From: Candidatus Saccharimonadota bacterium
Lineage (GTDB): Bacteria > Patescibacteriota > Gracilibacteria > UBA4473
Reading direction: 5' to 3'
Length of the DNA stretch: 32,000 nucleotides
NCBI GenBank assembly: GCA_963677105.1
Contig: OY781871.1
Span: 90,001 to 122,000, forward strand
Positions 30,784 through 32,000 of the stretch are shown piece after piece. The notes under the pieces were generated by a model. It ran no database searches. It was not told the DNA's origin and saw nothing but the letters and a program-made list of their open reading frames with translations. A program made the translations under genes and the position numbers. Numbering within the stretch: position 1 is the first letter of the stretch; the number at the start of each line of letters is the position of its first letter.

Positions 30784-32000
30784 ATGATTTTCAAAGTTCA
30801 AAAACGCACCGGTGAGATTGTAGATTTCAATCCAGAAAAAATTCAAAAAGCTCTCTGGGCTGCCGCGCAAGCAATTGGTGGAACAAATGAGAAAATGTCG
30901 AAGGAAATTACGGAACGAATTATAAAATACATTGATAAAAAACATAAAGATCGAGTTCCAAGCGTTGAACAAGTACAAGATGCAGTTGAAAAAGTATTAA
31001 TTGAAGAAGGACATGCACAAACAGCAAAATCTTATATTTTGTATCGAGAACGACGAAGTCAGGTTCGTGAAGATAAAAGTGTTGTGGTAAATGTTCAAAA
31101 TACTATTGGTGAATATTTGAATAAATTAGATTGGCGAGTAAATGCGAATTCAAATCAGGGATACAGTCTTGGTGGAATGATTTTGAATACGTCAGGAAAA
31201 GTAACAGCAAACTATTGGTTGTCACATATTTATTCACGAGAATGTGGAGACGCTCATCGAAATGGAGATTTTCATATTCACGATTTGGATATGTTTTCTG
31301 GATATTGTGCCGGATGGTCGCTCCGAGCATTATTAGAAGAAGGATTTAATGGAGTTCCAGACAAAACAGAATCAAATCCACCAAAACATCTTACAACTGC
31401 AGTAAGTCAAATGGTGAACTTTTTGGGAACATTGCAAAATGAATGGGCTGGAGCGCAAGCGTTTTCAAGTTTTGATACATACATGGCTCCGTTTGTGAAA
31501 AAATTTAAAATAAATCTAGAAAAAGAAATCGATGAATCTGGTCATTTTTGTTTCAAATCTGACAAAGAAAAAGAAAAATATATTTACGACAAAACCTACA
31601 AACACGTATTGCAAAACATGCAATCGTTTGTGTTTAACTTAAACGTTCCCTCTCGTTGGGGAACACAAACTCCGTTTACAAATGTAACACTTGATTGGGA
31701 ATGTCCTGCAGACTTAAAAAAGAAACGATTGAAACTTGGTGGAAAAGCATACGAATACACGTTTGAAGAATGTCAACCAGAAATGGATATTGTGAATAAA
31801 GCATTTATCGAAGTGATGACTGCGGGAGATGCAAAAGGACGAGTTTTCACTTTCCCAATTCCGACATACAACATTACAAAAGATTTTCGATGGAACGATC
31901 CCAAAACAGAACCATTGTTTGAAATGACAGCAAAATATGGAATGCCGTATTTCCAAAACTTCATTAATTCCGAATTAAATCCTGGAGACGTACGATCTAT
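30784..32000 (+). CDS. nrdD: anaerobic ribonucleoside-triphosphate reductase (class III), 5' part; runs off the window
   Basis: Absent from the track because no stop lies inside the window. My own translation from ATG 30784 gives an N-terminal ATP-cone (MIFKVQKRTGEIVDFNPEKIQKAL..AKSYILYRERR), then NrdD motifs (GDFHIHDLD, NEWAGAQAFSSFDTY, FTFPIPTYNITKDF, AKYGMPYFQNFINS). The frame is open to 32000. Confidence 0.93.
   Translation, partial: MIFKVQKRTGEIVDFNPEKIQKALWAAAQAIGGTNEKMSKEITERIIKYIDKKHKDRVPSVEQVQDAVEKVLIEEGHAQTAKSYILYRERRSQVREDKSVVVNVQNTIGEYLNKLDWRVNANSNQGYSLGGMILNTSGKVTANYWLSHIYSRECGDAHRNGDFHIHDLDMFSGYCAGWSLRALLEEGFNGVPDKTESNPPKHLTTAVSQMVNFLGTLQNEWAGAQAFSSFDTYMAPFVKKFKINLEKEIDESGHFCFKSDKEKEKYIYDKTYKHVLQNMQSFVFNLNVPSRWGTQTPFTNVTLDWECPADLKKKRLKLGGKAYEYTFEECQPEMDIVNKAFIEVMTAGDAKGRVFTFPIPTYNITKDFRWNDPKTEPLFEMTAKYGMPYFQNFINSELNPGDVRS

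Noticed and set aside
1-32000. Alternative genetic code (UGA recoded, as in Gracilibacteria/Absconditabacteria)
   Set aside because: All conserved genes are full length under the standard code. TGA also functions as the stop at several overlapped junctions: 813, 3022, 7538, 7831, 9639, 23006 and 29976.

Overview
AT-rich, very gene-dense bacterial chromosomal segment. I call about 33 protein genes, one tRNA and no rRNA. The standard genetic code applies, because TGA is used as a stop at several ATGA/GTGA gene junctions. All product calls rest on motifs I recognise by eye; no searches were run.

Gene content:
- Housekeeping: dnaK, eno, ndk, ssb, yebC, recX, an RsuA/RluB-type pseudouridine synthase, an ABC-F ATPase, galU, ribH-ribB, and nrdD truncated at the window end.
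- Anaerobe markers: rubrerythrin and a class III ribonucleotide reductase.
- Monoderm-type envelope set: two GT4 glycosyltransferases, a CsaB-like pyruvyl transferase, a large SLH/RlpA-DPBB/CAP surface protein, an FN3 surface protein and an LPQTG sortase substrate.

Tight gene overlaps, scarce Shine-Dalgarno sequences and many orphan proteins suggest an uncultured small-genome anaerobe, possibly CPR/Patescibacteria-like. That is inference only. I see no transposase, integrase, CRISPR array or recognisable defence system.

Structure not explained by ordinary annotation:
1. A dispersed family of heptanucleotide arrays (TTTGTAS)n at seven loci, all in one orientation. Most abut the stop codons of minus-strand genes, and two are read as protein in the same frame (YKVQSTN).
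2. A 64-aa six-cysteine ORF with the best SD in the window, a roughly 260-nt structured leader and a UUCG-capped terminator.
3. A voltage-sensor-like domain with no pore, fused to a YdbS/YdbT-type bacterial PH module.
4. A solitary V/A-type ATPase B subunit with its own promoter and terminator.
5. A 650-aa orphan membrane-associated protein with a selectively conserved 9-aa duplication.

Clear regulatory sites: a CIRCE operator over the dnaK promoter and tandem NrdR boxes upstream of nrdD.
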